Shown here piece by piece: positions 40,350-53,756 of a stretch of DNA of 64,000 bases. The notes under the pieces are model-generated. The model ran no database searches. It was not told the origin of the DNA and saw only the letters and a program-made list of their open reading frames with translations. The number at the start of each line of letters is the position of its first letter. Within the stretch, counting starts at the first letter, position 1. The translations under genes were made by a program, and so were the position numbers. This DNA is from Monocercomonoides exilis PA203 (lineage: Eukaryota; Protista; Preaxostyla): assembly GCA_001643675.2 (NCBI GenBank), contig LSRY02000005.1, forward strand, positions 1 to 64,000, written 5' to 3'.

Positions 40350-42386
40350 TAGGGTGATTCATTAACCCGAACTTTTTTTAAAACCCGGACTTTTTTTTAA
40401 TAATAAGTTGAATTTTCACACTTTTTATATTGTTTTCAGTGTATAAGGAAAAATCAATGACTGAAATTGTAGATTAAATTACTATACCTAATCTCTGATG
40501 GGGGGAGATGGGGGGGTTTGCTCCTCCATCTCTGATTAGTGCCTCCCCTGAGGAGATTAAGTAATAACAATAGGGCTAATCAAGTTAGAATTTTATCGAA
40601 AACATTTTTTTGATTTTTTTTTTCATTTCAAAAAAAAAAAAAAAATAATTTTCAAAATAAAAAAAAGATCAAAACCAGAATATTTTTTTCAATGAATGTT
40701 GTGAAAACCAAAAGAGAACGTGGACAGTTAATTCTTCGAGAAAAAATGATGTCATTTGAATATCGAAGAATTGAAAATCGATTAGAACGCATGGCACGTA
40801 TTGTTGTTGATGAACATGTCAGAATCGTTGATGAAATTAATACAAAGGAGTTCTCTCGTTCAGCAGTAATCAGGCAGTTTCAGCAATTGAAAGCGGCAGA
40901 GCAGTTGCAAAACCTGGCAGGCCAGAACTATTCAATGATGAGGACAAAAACATTATTGTTGGAGTTATTAAAATCGAAAGTTTATCCGGGACAAGTTTTA
41001 ATGCAAAGAGAACAAGAGAATTAGTTTGATTACACATTTATTTATCTTTCGTTTTTGATAACAAATATTTTTCAGATGGAATCCGTCCTTTCCGATAAAA
41101 AAAGACGATCAGAAACTGATGTTGATGAAAACACCAGTGTGTCCAAATCATATCCATATCTATTTGCAAAAAGGAATTCTGAGCTCAAAGCGTCCATGCC
41201 CAGAAATGTGGATATCCAACGTCTTTCAGTATCCAATCAACAAGTTGTTTTTCTTTTCTTCGAGCTTCTGCAATATCTTCATAATTCACATCATTATTCA
41301 CCTTCTTTGATCTTTAATACCGATGAATCTTCACTCCGCTTATCGGATTCCTTCAAAACTCTTGTGATTCACTCCACAGGATTTCCAGCTGGATTTCAAA
41401 CAACACCCACAAACATGCCAAATGCCACTTTGGTTGTTGCAGCTGCTGCAGATGGATATTCTCTTAAAAGCGTTGTATTGTGGCCATGCCACAAATTACC
41501 AAAGGAAATGCGAGTTCTTCTGAGCGCATTCATTGATGTTTGGGATAACAACGATGGATGGATGACGGAAAGCATATTTCAAGGATACGCAGAAGAGGTT
41601 TTATTAACCGGAATCATCGAAAGAAGGAAAATATTAATGAGAACCAATGAGAGATGTCTTCTGCTTTTGGATTCTCATTCTTCTATTGCTCAACCTGAAA
41701 TATGGCAGAAATTTGCTGATAACAACTTTGACGTCGTCACTTTTATTCCTCGCAGTTCACACATCACACAACCTCTTGATCGTGGTGTGTTTGCAGTCTT
41801 CAAAAAATGCATCAACTCTCTGTACTCTGTGCCTCCGGATTCTTCCATTTCTCTTCGACGTGAGGCCATCTCCAACGTTCTTCCACAAGCTCTTCAGATA
41901 GCATAACTTCCTGCAACTGTTGTTTCTTCGTTCAAGAAAAGCGGCGTACTTTCAAACGAGTGGCAATCAGTACTATCAACACTTCCAAAGGAACCTTCGG
42001 TTACACTGAAAAAGAGAACACACAGGTTTGATTTTTTTGGAAAAATTATAACTGAACAAAATTTTCTTGAAGAATGGAAAAAAGAAAAGAAAATGAAAGA
42101 AGATAAGAAAAGAAAAGATAGTAATGAAAAAAAAGAAGAAAAAATTCTTTTCGCAGCTGAAAAGCCCCAAAAAAGAAGATTTTATAAATCCGCCTTTTTG
42201 AATGATGATATTTTGGATGATGAATCAAAGCAGAAAAATTCCAGAAAAATTATGAAGAGAGAACTTGTTGATTATATATATTATTAATCATTTCAATTTT
42301 TGTTATCAAAATATGATTGCTTGAAAAAAAATTTTTATTTATTTCGAACCAAAATAAAAAAAAGTTCGGGTTTATAAATCACCCTA
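40350..42386 (+). mobile_element. Near full-length Tc1/mariner-superfamily (pogo-like) DNA transposon with TIRs and a disrupted transposase
   Basis: TIRs TAGGGTGATTCATTAACCCGAACTTTTTT and AAAAAAGTTCGGGTTTATAAATCACCCTA followed by TA. Transposase motifs IFNTDES, LLLLDSHSS, HITQPLDRGVF in 41055-41906. The frame continues past a TAA at 41904-41906 to 42287. 5' ORF 40692-41024 with a probable intron at 41024-41075. Confidence 0.9.
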
Positions 42387-42408
42387 TATAAATATATATA
42401 TTTAATTA

Positions 42409-42476
42409 CATTGAAGCTCGGTTATAATCTCAAAAAATCGTGAAAAATGGATTGTGATTATAACCGAGCTTCACTG
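42409..42476. mobile_element. 68-bp mini-MITE (Tc1/pogo-like CAGT ends)
   Basis: CATTGAAGCTCGGTTATAATC ... GATTATAACCGAGCTTCACTG is a 21-bp inverted repeat with one mismatch, preceded by TA. Confidence 0.7.
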
Positions 42477-43105
42477 TGTTATTATTATGCATGGGAATGT
42501 TAGATTAATAATGATACGATGGAGAAAATGTTTGGAACAAAGAACAGTTTTTTTCATAAATGAAAAAAATTAGAATCATATGCTTAAGAAACAATAAAAT
42601 TGCTCATTAAAGTTGGAGATGATGGTGTATATTTCTGATACAAAATAGTTCAAACAATGTAAATAATCGCATTTCAAATATTATCTAAAATCTGAAACGA
42701 CAAATAAAAGGAATATTTAAAACAAAATATTTATGACAATATGAGTGAAATAAAATCACATTACTAATATAATTTAACGAAATGAGAAAAAAATAATTTT
42801 GCTGCACAAACATGTGCAATGACAATACTGTTTGTATTGCTTCTCTAAACTTGAAACCTCGAAATCAAAATAAAACAGAATGAAGACAAACATTAAGAAA
42901 ACAGGAGCAATAAAAAATAACGAAAAATCCATCATTTTGCTTTCAATCAAAAAAAAAAAAAAAAATAAAATAAAAATAAAAAATAAAAAATAAAAATGCA
43001 AAATGAAGCATCAATCGATAATAGAATAGATCGAATATATGCACACAATGTGCATTCAACTAATTTAGATTTTCTGTGGAATGCTGTTTTCTCAAAAGCA
43101 GCATC

Positions 43106-44380
43106 TTACATCACCAGCCTTTTCAGCAGCGGTATTTTCTGCCAAAGCGCAGTCACAATCCATGTTGTCAAATACACGCTCACGCAAAGCAGAGGAGTGA
43201 ACCACAACGGGTTCATATCGTAATAAGACTTCTTCAGCACTTTCGGAAACAGATAATCTGCCACAAACCTGAAGATCGCAAACTCGTTCAGCAAATAAAT
43301 CCCCAACGTGCACGATCCTGTCGAACTGAAGTACCACATCACACACTTCTCAAATCTGCTTGTGGGCTTCCATTTGCACGTCAATGCATAAATCCCACAC
43401 GCAAACCCCGCAAACGCAAAAGTCGTCGGCAAGCCATAATACTCGTAAAACCTCCAGAACTCAGCGTTCTGTGCATAATGCCCAGTCAGAACAACCAGCC
43501 CCCAGTTGCACAACGAAGCAAGCACAAACACTCCAAAGCACACCAACGCTGTCACTTTGCTCTGCCAGTTCACCCTCCCCAGAATTGGGAGGTATCCCGG
43601 CTCTTCCACCCAGCTCGGATGAGCTGCCGATGGATTGCGCTGATGCTCCATCACCGTCCAGCAGTAATACCCCACCAGAAACGTCAGAAACATCGCCACA
43701 AACGCATCTGCCCACACTCCTATTTGCATCCCAACCAGAAAAGTGTGCAGCAGGTGATGCGACACAAAGATCGACAGAATCGTCATTTCAAGCACTTTCC
43801 GGCTTGTCGCTTTCACTGCCTGCCTCACAAACGGCACAATCATCAGCATCCTCATCGCAATCTGCAAATACCAAAGCGTCCCAGGGTTCGCAAAAAAGAT
43901 GTTTACCATCTGCCGAATCCGCTTGAACGGAGTCGCCAACTTCATTGCAGCTTCGAACAGCTTGAAGTTGTACGGGATCATCCACAACGTGTATTGCACC
44001 ATTCGCCGCACCACATACTTCATCGTGCTTGTTGCGCTGTCGTTCAGCCGTTTCGGAGACAGCATGATGATCGCTGTCACCACCATAAACAAATGTGTCC
44101 CGATGCGCCCAAGTGCACAATACAGATTTGCCCAAATCCAGTACGAAAGCTTTTCGTTTTTGTAGTAAAGCTTGTACTGGTGCCTTTGCCGCAGCCCAGC
44201 ATGGCTCAGCACAACTGCCAGAGCTGCAAACGATTTCAATATGTCCAACGACGCAATTCTCTTTGCTGGAGCTGCACCATTTTGAATGCCTCTTCCATCA
44301 TTTGTTTGCTCAGCAAGTTCCTTCAGCTCTATCGCGCTCGAACTTTCCTCGTTTGCAATCAACGACTGCGTCCCATCCAT
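43106..44380 (-). CDS. Acyltransferase-3 family (OafA/WecH-like) multi-pass membrane O-acyltransferase
   Basis: Motifs RIASLDILKSFAALAVVLSH, RIGTHLFMVVTA, GTLWYL and TLGIYLLNEF; about 10 hydrophobic segments. ATG at 44380 follows a CAG acceptor, so extra 5' exons at ~44500-44715 are possible. Confidence 0.85.
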   Translation of the reverse strand: MDGTQSLIANEESSSAIELKELAEQTNDGRGIQNGAAPAKRIASLDILKSFAALAVVLSHAGLRQRHQYKLYYKNEKLSYWIWANLYCALGRIGTHLFMVVTAIIMLSPKRLNDSATSTMKYVVRRMVQYTLWMIPYNFKLFEAAMKLATPFKRIRQMVNIFFANPGTLWYLQIAMRMLMIVPFVRQAVKATSRKVLEMTILSIFVSHHLLHTFLVGMQIGVWADAFVAMFLTFLVGYYCWTVMEHQRNPSAAHPSWVEEPGYLPILGRVNWQSKVTALVCFGVFVLASLCNWGLVVLTGHYAQNAEFWRFYEYYGLPTTFAFAGFACGIYALTCKWKPTSRFEKCVMWYFSSTGSCTLGIYLLNEFAIFRFVADYLFPKVLKKSYYDMNPLWFTPLLCVSVYLTTWIVTALWQKIPLLKRLVM

Positions 44381-47223
44381 CTGTTGATTCAATGCAGAAC
44401 ATATAGCAAAATATCGCAATGAAACCAAACAATTCAAAAATGCCCACGAGCCAACATCAAAAACATAAATTCACATTCGAATAAATCGAGAAATAAGCAC
44501 ACATATTTTTCTGCACATTGCTCAGCCTGCAGTTGGCCATCATCTTCAGGGTTCTCATTTTGTCCAATGCAGGCGCAACCATCCATCAGATTTTCTCCTC
44601 CTTCTAAATAAATAACAAAGTCAAAATTTTCGCTTTAAAGGAAGAAAATCGCAGAATAATGTGTACCCATCGTTATAGCTTGAGAAGGAGTTGTTTCTCC
44701 TCCCCCTTTTTCCATCTCCAATTTCACCACAAGAAAAATGGATTTCTTTTTGATCTTTGGACTATAATATAGTTTTTTAAGAAAAATTTTAGAAAAATTG
44801 AAATGAATTGTTTTTTTGATAAGAATAAAATTATCATATTATATTAGTTTTAAATTTTTATTTCATTATCGTTCGATTTTTGATTGCATCACAAAAAGAG
44901 ATAAGATAGTTAACTAGAAAACATACACGCAGAGCATTGAATGAAATTTAAAAAGTCAGCAAACATTGATGCATTTCAAATAGATTGAAACAGAATTCAA
45001 TGGACAGAAATTCGATTTTTTGTGTTTTTTGATCCAAAAATGGATGAGCTATTGGATGAAGAGCGTGAGATAACACATTTTGAAGAGGAAAGACGAGCTA
45101 AATGACGAGATGAGTAATGTGGTGTATTTGAAATAACAAGTGAAAGTCGTGTTCGTTGAATATGGGGCTTGACTGAAATACTAAAAAGAGATAGAAAGAT
45201 GAGAAAATATTAGATTCTCACTGCAGAGTTTAAAAAAAGTGAGAGAAAGACGAAAACAGCAAGTGAGTCTTCGTGCTAGCAGGGATGAATGGGAGGTGAG
45301 GAAAATGGATTGGAGTTGAATGCTTCGCATTTTCTGTCTTTGAAGTGTTTGGCGTTGGAGCAGAAAACAAGGTTGCCGCTTTGAGAATGCCATCCAGCAA
45401 AAGAAAGCAACCAATATTTCACAACACAACGACCATTCCTTCTTCTCCTTCTCTCGAAAGCACAAATCCTCAAGAAGCTTTCTGCGCCTTTCTTCATCTT
45501 TTCTGTTTTCGTCCCATCCAGCAATTTCGGTTTCCCCCTCACGAAATGCCGATGAAATGCAGCAGCTGAGCAACTCTTCTGATTGAAGATCCAAAAGAAG
45601 AGAGTGTGTGGAGATTGAGGGCAATCATCAGGGAATCGGGGTTTCTCATTGATTCGAGGGTTCGAGGGGTTCTGCTGCATTGCCTGCCAATTTGCACCTG
45701 AATTTGCTCTGCAGCAGACCAGGCTATGTGAATGTCTCAGAGGCATGTGCTGATGGTTTCTGTCTATCAGATTGCAGCGTGAGAGCCGAAACAAGAATTC
45801 TCTGCCATCAAAATCCCTTGATGCCTCCAAAATCCTGTTTTCAGCTCCTTTCCTCTCCTTTCCTCTCCAGGCCTGCTTCAAAGCTGCTGAACGAGGGCTG
45901 GCTGCTGCCTCTGAAAGATGATGCAACTGCTCAAAATGGCTTGCTCCAGACAATGCGGTGCAGAACCCATGTCTGCCTCTCTTCCCGTGCTCGGTGGAGC
46001 ACAGCATCCAACACCTGTGGCAGAAGTCAGAAGAATGCTCGTTCCCACTTCTTTTCCTGGTGCAGCTGCTGTTGAGGCGCAAGCACTCCGCGTGCTTCTC
46101 CATCGACTGACAGCACCCCTCCGCAAGTTCTGGTGGGGCATCTGGAGCCGATTGGTGAATGGCTGCTCCACGTTGGATGAGTGAAACACCACACCGACAA
46201 GGGATTTGGACGAGACTGAGTTATTTTTATTGTTTAACTTTTAATTATTTTGTGTTTTGTGATGAACTTTCTTTTTTTCTTTCTTTTTTTCTTTCTTTTT
46301 TCTTTCTGCTCCTTTTCGATCCAGCAAAGAGATTTCGTGCAAAGCAATAGCTTTCTGTTGCCCATCGGAAACGGCGCTTTCTCAAAAGCATCCGCTTCCC
46401 GAAAGTCGTGTGCAATCTCCTCCACAAAAAACACAGAAAATGAAAATGAAAAAATTCAAAAGAAAAAGAAAAAGAATAAGAATAAGAATAAGAATAAACC
46501 AGCAGCAATAAATCACAGAAACAGCACCAAACAGCTGCATGCTTGCTGCTGACACCATTCACCGAAAATCACACAAACACCCGAAAACACCCGAAAACAC
46601 CCGAAAACACACCCAACACCAAAACACTTCATCAAACACAACTCTCACCCACAGAAAGCCAAACGAACCCTTGTGCACTTCACAAGCAGACATGTCTGTC
46701 AGTTGAGATACCAAGAAAAACAAAAGGAGAGAACGAAACATTGCACGAACTCCACACAAGCATGCACAGGCTCTCGCGAAAATATCACAATCCCAACAAT
46801 CCCAACAATCCCAACAATCAGAACAATCAGAACAAAACACAAAACACAAAATCACAAAAACACAATTCAATCTGCATTTTTGCAAAAAGAACTCCAGGTT
46901 GATGTGCACTTCAGCAACAATATTCACAAAGAGCGGTTGCAAATGGCAGAAAGCGTCCATCAAAACAACAGATGGAAATAAAAGAATCGCTGACAGAAAA
47001 CAACGCAACAACAGCTGTCATTCAAACACGCACATGCCGTTTCCTCTTCCCTCTCAATATCACTCTTTCTTCCAAAAGGCAAACTCATTTCCATCTTTTG
47101 TTTTTCCTTCCGTTCAATTCAGATGCATCTTCTTTTCATTTCTTTTCATTTTTTTTGTTTTTGTTTTTGTTTTTTTTGTTTTTGTTTTTGTTTTTTTGTT
47201 TTTGTTTTGCCTTCCAAAACAAA

Positions 47224-50200
47224 CTAATGCCGCGTCTTGGGCATCGCCATCTGCTGCTGCATCTGCTCAAACAGCGACTCAATGCTTGCTCCTTCTCTCT
47301 TCCCAGAAGCCCCTGAATAGCTCTGTGCTCCACGCACATCACCCCCATGACCATGGTCTGGAGGCAATGGAATCAGCGGCCTTTCAGAGTGTGGCGGCGT
47401 GCCCGGATGCTGCCCATGGCTCTCCTTCAAATATTGACTCTGGTTCTGACTCTGGTTATGAATTTGATGCTGCTGCGTGTGTGGATACGAATTCTGATAC
47501 GGCCGACCATTTGAACGGGAATACGAATTCGAATGGGAATACGAAGAAGAGTGAGGCGGTGAGCGTGTCTGTGTGTGGGCGTGTGGATATGGATGTGAAT
47601 TTGAATGTGAATGTGGGTGTTGCTGAGGTTGAGGTTGAGGTTGAGGTTGAGGTTGAGGTTGAGGTTGAGGTTGAGGTTGATATTGATATTGAGGTTGAGG
47701 TTGTGGTTGTACTTGTTGTGGTTGTGGTTGTTGTGGTTGTGGTTGTTGTGGTTGTGGTTGTTGGAGTTGTGGTGGTTGTGGCAGAAGCTGCTGCAGATCC
47801 AAAGGCAGCTGCAGATCCAATGGCACATCCAATGGCACATCCAATGGCACAGTCAAAGGCATCTGCTGCTCATCCGGCGGCGTCTGAGCAATCCCCAGCG
47901 TCTGCGCCAAAAGCTGGATGAGCGATTTGATGTGTGCCTCTTGTGACTGTGCTGCCGGATCAGATGGATCAGAAGGAATTGAAGGATCAGAAGGAATAGA
48001 AGGAATAGAAGTGGCTGTTGTGGATGTGTCTGTGTGTGGCTGATCCATGGGCTTTTCAGGAAGACTCGGGAATTGCATATTGCTTGTGCTGAACGAAGGC
48101 TTCGTCCCAATCAGCGGTGCATGCATGTCTGTTTTGTCTGCAATATTCAATTTTTCTTCTTTTTCTATTTTGTCTGAATTATCCGCTTTTTCCGCTTTTT
48201 CTGTGTTTTCTGTTTTATCTGTGTTTTCTGCCAACTCTTTTCCTGAACAGTTCGCTGATTCCTCATTTTCCTCATTTTCCTCATTTTTTTCTTCCCTTTC
48301 CTCTTTCTCTTCCTCCTCCGTTTTTTTCTCGCCAATCTCATTTTCCTTTCCGTTTTCTTTCTCTTTCTCGCCCTCCTTCTCCTTCTCTTTTTCCTTCATC
48401 CACATCCACGATGCCTTCTCCTTCTCTCTCTCCTTCTCTCTCTCCTTCTCTCTCCCCTCCCTCCTCTCCATCCTCCCCTCTCCACCAAACACCGCGTCAA
48501 ACGACCTCCCCTGCCGAACCATCTCAAACGTGTTGATGAACGCCCGCGCCACCTCGTCTGTCCGGTACACCACATCCCCAACATCTCTGTTCAGCTCAAA
48601 CGGATCGTGGATGCACAGCGAGTGCCGGTGGTAGTCCAAGTCTGTGTCCCACCCCGTCACCGTCTTCGGGATGATGCACCCGTACTTCACACACGCCACA
48701 TGCCTGATCCGGATGAAGTTCCGCGCATAGTGATAGAAAAACCCCACCACAAGAGACGACAGCGGCTCTGTGTTCACTTTCCGCAGCGACACAAACGGAA
48801 ACACTGCATTCGCCCCATACAGCCCTGGATATTGCATCTGATTCATCTGCCCCATCTGCCCCATCTGACTCATCTGACTCATCTGATTCCCTTGTGCTGG
48901 GTGTGGTGGTGTCTGTGATTGTGATTGTGATTGTGAAGAGGGTGATGAAGTGTGCGTCGGAGTGGAGATAGCCGACGATGAATCAGAGGGAGACAATGTT
49001 GTTTTCGAAGGAGAAGAAGGAGAAGGAGAAGAAGGAGAAGAGGATGATGGAGAGGCATCAGTTGATGATGATGATGTTGTTGTTGTTGTTGTTGCTGTGT
49101 CATTGTGAGGAGGTGTTGATGGAGACGACGACGAAGAAGAAGAAGATAAAGTCTTCTCGGTGTGTGTGGGTGTTTTTTCTTCAGTTGTGGATGAATCATT
49201 TGTTGTTGATGATGATGATGAGAAATACTCGTTCAGAGGGAAGTCCGCAGGCGTCGGGTCTCTGTTGTTCAGCACCGTCGGGTTCTGGCTCAGCCACGGC
49301 TGCAGGTCTGTGCTGTATCTGATCCGCGCCCCTTTCACCACAATGTCCACCACCCGGCTCGGGTCTGACGCTGCTATGTATGCCTCCCCCTGCAGCGTCG
49401 GCAGCACCGGCGGCTGCCTCACCTGCAGATAGTTCAGCGCAAGAAGCGTGTACCCATACATCGACAGCGTCCCGTTCGCCGAGTCTGCCACCCCAAACTT
49501 CTTCGCCCAGTGCTTCACAACAAGCAGAAGTGGCCGCACCCTCTCGTCCAGCATGCAGTATGTCTTGATCAGCTCTGAGTTGTAGATCCCAAACACGTTG
49601 TCGATGCAGATGTCGCAGTCGCGAAGGACTGGCGAGTGTGTTGTTGTTGCTGTTGCTGCTGCTTCTGCTTCTGCTTCTGCTGGAGAAGAAGAAGATGATG
49701 ATGGTGATGGTGATGGTGATGGAGAAGTATATGGAGATGGTGAAGGGGAAGGAGATGATGATGATGTTGATGATGCAGAAGACGAATCACCATTCGCATG
49801 ACTCGATTTCTCTTTCTCTTTCTCTTTCTCTTTCTCTTTCTCTTTCTCTTTCTCTTTCTCTTTCTCTTTCTTCTTTCTTGCCTTCTCCTTCTCTCCATTC
49901 GCACTGACACACAAGTGCAGCGGCACCTCAAACTTCACAATCGGCACACGCGCCGTCGGGATGCATCGGATGATCTTGAATCCGTTCTCTTTCAGACAGT
50001 CTCTGATCTCATTCACTGTGATCTTCTCCTTCAGTGACCCCTCCAACTCTGCACCAGACGATGGATTCGATGTCTGTTTAGTTGGGCTGCTTGTCTTTTC
50101 ATCTCCATCTTCTTTCTTCTTGTCTCCATCTTCTTTCCCACCCCACCCCCTTCCGCTTTCTCCATCTTCCACGCATTCTCCGCCTCCTTCCCCATGTTCT

Positions 50201-53200
50201 CCTCCGGCTTCCACACATCATACTTGTACGGAAACACCCCCTCTGCAAACGGATCCCCCTCTGCATACCTCCCGTCTGCCTCTGCCCCAACCGTCTTCAG
50301 CCACACCCTCAGCGCTGCTGGCGTGTCCTCTGCCGGCGGCCTCTTCTTCATCAGCTCTGCCGACTTCTTCACCCGGTTGTATGCCCCGTGTGTCAGCACA
50401 ACCAGGTCGATGTCGCTGTTCACTGTGAACACTGTGCTCCGTGTGGACCCATACAACTCTACACGCTTCACCACATCTGAGTGCAACACCAACACCAGAA
50501 ACATATGAAATGATTGAATCAAAGGGGAAAAATAAAATTTATAAAATTAATAAAACATAAATATGTGTTATTGAGTTATTAGCTAATTATAAAGCACACC
50601 TGGCATATACTTCCTGAGTGCTGCATCCACCCTGTCTCTGATCGCCAGCACCGACGACATCAGCGACGGCGGATGTGCTTCTGCCACAAACCTCGCCAGC
50701 TCGTCGTTGAATGCCTTCGACACACGAAACAGAGGCGGCGCATTGACTGTGATCACACCCAGACGCTGTGTGAACTGGAATGGCATGGTGTGGTGCTGGG
50801 GAGGCAGATGAGGCTGCGCGAGCGAGTGGCCGTGCGTGTGCGAGGAGGGGAACATGGGCAGAATGAGCTGCGGCTGTGGCTGCAGTTGAGGCTGTTGATG
50901 CTGTTGATGCTGATGTTGATGCTGATGTTGCTGTTGTTGTTGCTGTTGCTGTTGCTGCTGCTGCTGCTGCTGTTGCAATTGAAACTGAGATTGTGGTTGT
51001 GGTTGTGGTTGTGGTTGTGGTTGTATTTTGTTCGGAGATTGAGAATTGAACAAGGGCTGAGGCTGAGGCTGAGGCTGTGGCTGTGGTTGTGGCTGAGGAC
51101 GCAGAAGGAGTTTGGGCTGAGATTGAAATTGAAATTGTGGTTGTGGTTGGGGTTGGGGTTGGGATTGTGGATGAGGTTGCGGATGAGGTTGAGGTTGGGG
51201 TTGAGGTTGAGGTTGAAGTTGGAATTTCATCTGTGTCTGTGCTTGTATCTGGGGAAGAGGCTGAGGGAGAGGCTGAGGAAGTGACAAAGGATGGGCCAAC
51301 AGATTCAGCTGGGGCTTTGGCTGTGTCTGCAATGGCGATTGTAATTGCAATTGAAATTGGGGCTGCAATTGATATTGTGATTGTGATTGTGATTGTGAAT
51401 GTGATTGAGATTGCGATTGCGACTGAGACTGCAGTCTGAGCTGTGGATGAAGCTGAGGCTGGGGAAGAGGCAGGAGCTGCGAGCGGTTGACGGAATCTGG
51501 GGACAATGAAGATGAGGAAATAGGCGAAGAATAAGAAGAGGAAGAGGAAGAGGATGAGGATGATGATGGTGATGGTGATGATGAATATGAAGAATACGAA
51601 GAAGAATACGAAGAAGAATACGAAGATGTCGTTGGTGCATTTGATAGCAAAGCATTGTCTCGCTTCTGATTCTGCAGCAAAGGCTGCTGATTTTGCTGCC
51701 TCAACAGCTTGTTTTGTGAAGTGAGCGAATCCGAATAAGAAGAATAAGACTTCGTGTTCGTCTGCCTGGTGTTTGTGATCAAAGGAGAAGTGTTTGAGTT
51801 GGAAGGCGTGTGTGCTGAAGAGATGGGTGCAGATGGCTGTGACTTCTGTGTGTTTAAAGAAGAGTAGGAAGAGGATGGATAATAGGACGCTTTGAAGCCT
51901 TTGCTTGGCTCTGAGGATGCTGCAGGCGAATACGACGACGATGACGACGGCGATGGCGATGGCGATGATGATGATGAAGAGGAAGAAGAAGCTGATGAAG
52001 ATGACGATGACGAATATGAAAATGAAGAAGGGGGTGGTTGTGGAGAAGAAGAGGTGGAAGAAGAAGAAGAAGAAGAAGACAATTTAGCTGCTGGAAGGCG
52101 AGGGGGAGGAGGGAGTATGTGGATAATTGGTGAAGACTGAATATTTTGGGCTATTTGATGAGCTGGTGGGTCTGGCAACAGAGCATTCTGAGTAGCCTTC
52201 GCACTTGCGTCTGTCTTTTTCTGAGATAAAGATAATAATGATGAGGCTGAGGATGGTGACAATGATGACGACGATGATGGAGATGACGATGACGAAGTTG
52301 CAGAGGATGTGCGAGTGCGCTGAGATGGGCTTGGACGCCTTTGTGAGGAAGGTATGGTGGCTGTTGAAGGAACTGTGGTGGAAGATTTGTTTTGAGAGGA
52401 GGAGTAATAATGCTTACTGTTTGCTAAAGCTGTAGGATGTCTAAGAGGCGACGCTGAAGAAGAATAAGAATAAGAGGAGGAGGAGGAGGAGGAGTAGAAA
52501 TTAGTTGATGGAGGAGAAGTAGAAGAAGAAATAGTAGTTGAAGAAGAATGAGAGGGTGGAGGATGGTAAGAAGGAGTGCTTCGGTTGTATCCATAGGGAA
52601 GCAACCGGTCACATGAGCTGCCGCAGGAAAAGGCAACTGTTTAATAGAGTTGATAAAGTGCCACGGAAGTTAAAATAAGAAAGAAAATAAAAAATAAAAA
52701 ATAAAAGAAAACTCAATAGTTATAAAAAAAAAAAAGAAAGAAAATAGAGTGCAATGAACGTATATGCATATATATCTATTTTTTCTTAGCAAAAAAAGGA
52801 TTCATGATTTTCTCTTTACGCACCATTTCCGCTATCACATCCAACGATTCGTGACTGCTTCCCGCAGAAGCAGCTCACTGTCACTTTGTGAGAGCAAGGA
52901 GGGCAAGGGCCCGGATGGCATTTCAAAGGACACGGATGGGGGCAAATGCCTTTCCTTTTCTTCCCACATGTGCCACCACAGGAATGCGGAAGAACACCAA
53001 TTTTTCTGATGGGATTATTAACTTTTCCGCAGTAGCAGAAATACTGTGAAGGAATTGATTTTATTGAAGCATGACACCTATTTATATGCAAAAAAATGTG
53101 TAAGTTAATGATAAATATTAAATATAAAGCTACCATGGGCAAGGCCATTCCGTTTGTTTTGAAGTGTTATTTGCTAATTCCTGAAGGGCATCAGTTTTTG

Positions 53201-53442
53201 CTATTGCCCAGTTTTGTATGCATTTCAAATGAAAAAGCTGAAAGCATTGATGGCAACTCCATATTTCAGCTGATGGATCAATACAATCTTTGCAGCTTTA
53301 TCATTTACAAATGAAAGTGTTCATATGCAATTAAAAATAAAACTACACTGATAAAGCATTATGTTTAGCAATTTACATACAGAATGCAAAGAGAAGAATT
53401 TGCATTAACCTCTGCAATTAGCTCATCTCTGCGAGAATCCAT
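47224..53442 (-). CDS. NFX1-type RING/NF-X1 zinc finger - low-complexity linker - Cid1/TUTase-family nucleotidyltransferase fusion (left-arm copy, ~1,920 aa)
   Basis: Mirror copy of 53757-59975. The C-terminal 996-aa ORF (47224-50214) is intact. It has the same frame break between the GS/DxD segment and the rest of the catalytic domain (~50135-50150). Confidence 0.8.
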
Positions 53443-53756
53443 TTTCCAAAATAAAACTGATCAAAATGAAACCTTTAACAAAATTTGTTTTCAAAAATTA
53501 TCACAAATTGGAATAGTTATTATTCTCTCAAGGAATAATAAATAATAAAACGATAAGGAGAATCGTTTTTGAACAAAAAATTCACAAACAATGAATCTGT
53601 TAAGATTTGTTTCACGTATTTTTAAATAATTACTAAGAATTTTTTTCGTTTTATTATTAATTATTCCTTGAGAGAATAATAACTATTCCAATTTGTGATA
53701 ATTTTTGAAAACAAATTTTGTTAAAGGTTTCATTTTGATCAGTTTTATTTTGGAAA
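53443..53756. promoter_or_regulatory. Probable shared bidirectional promoter spanning the palindrome centre
   Basis: Only ~315 bp of AT-rich DNA separates the two divergent ATGs (53442 on -, 53757 on +). Confidence 0.5.

Noticed and set aside
28033-41906. In-frame TAG (28033) and TAA (41904) as evidence of stop-codon reassignment
   Set aside because: Long genes (1546, 996, 980 aa) have no internal TAA/TAG and end on TAA/TAG; the TAG aligns to Trp, not Gln. These are ordinary nonsense mutations.
43076-44422. 448-aa plus-strand ORF
   Set aside because: Antisense shadow of the acyltransferase gene; His/Gln/Arg-biased with no motifs.
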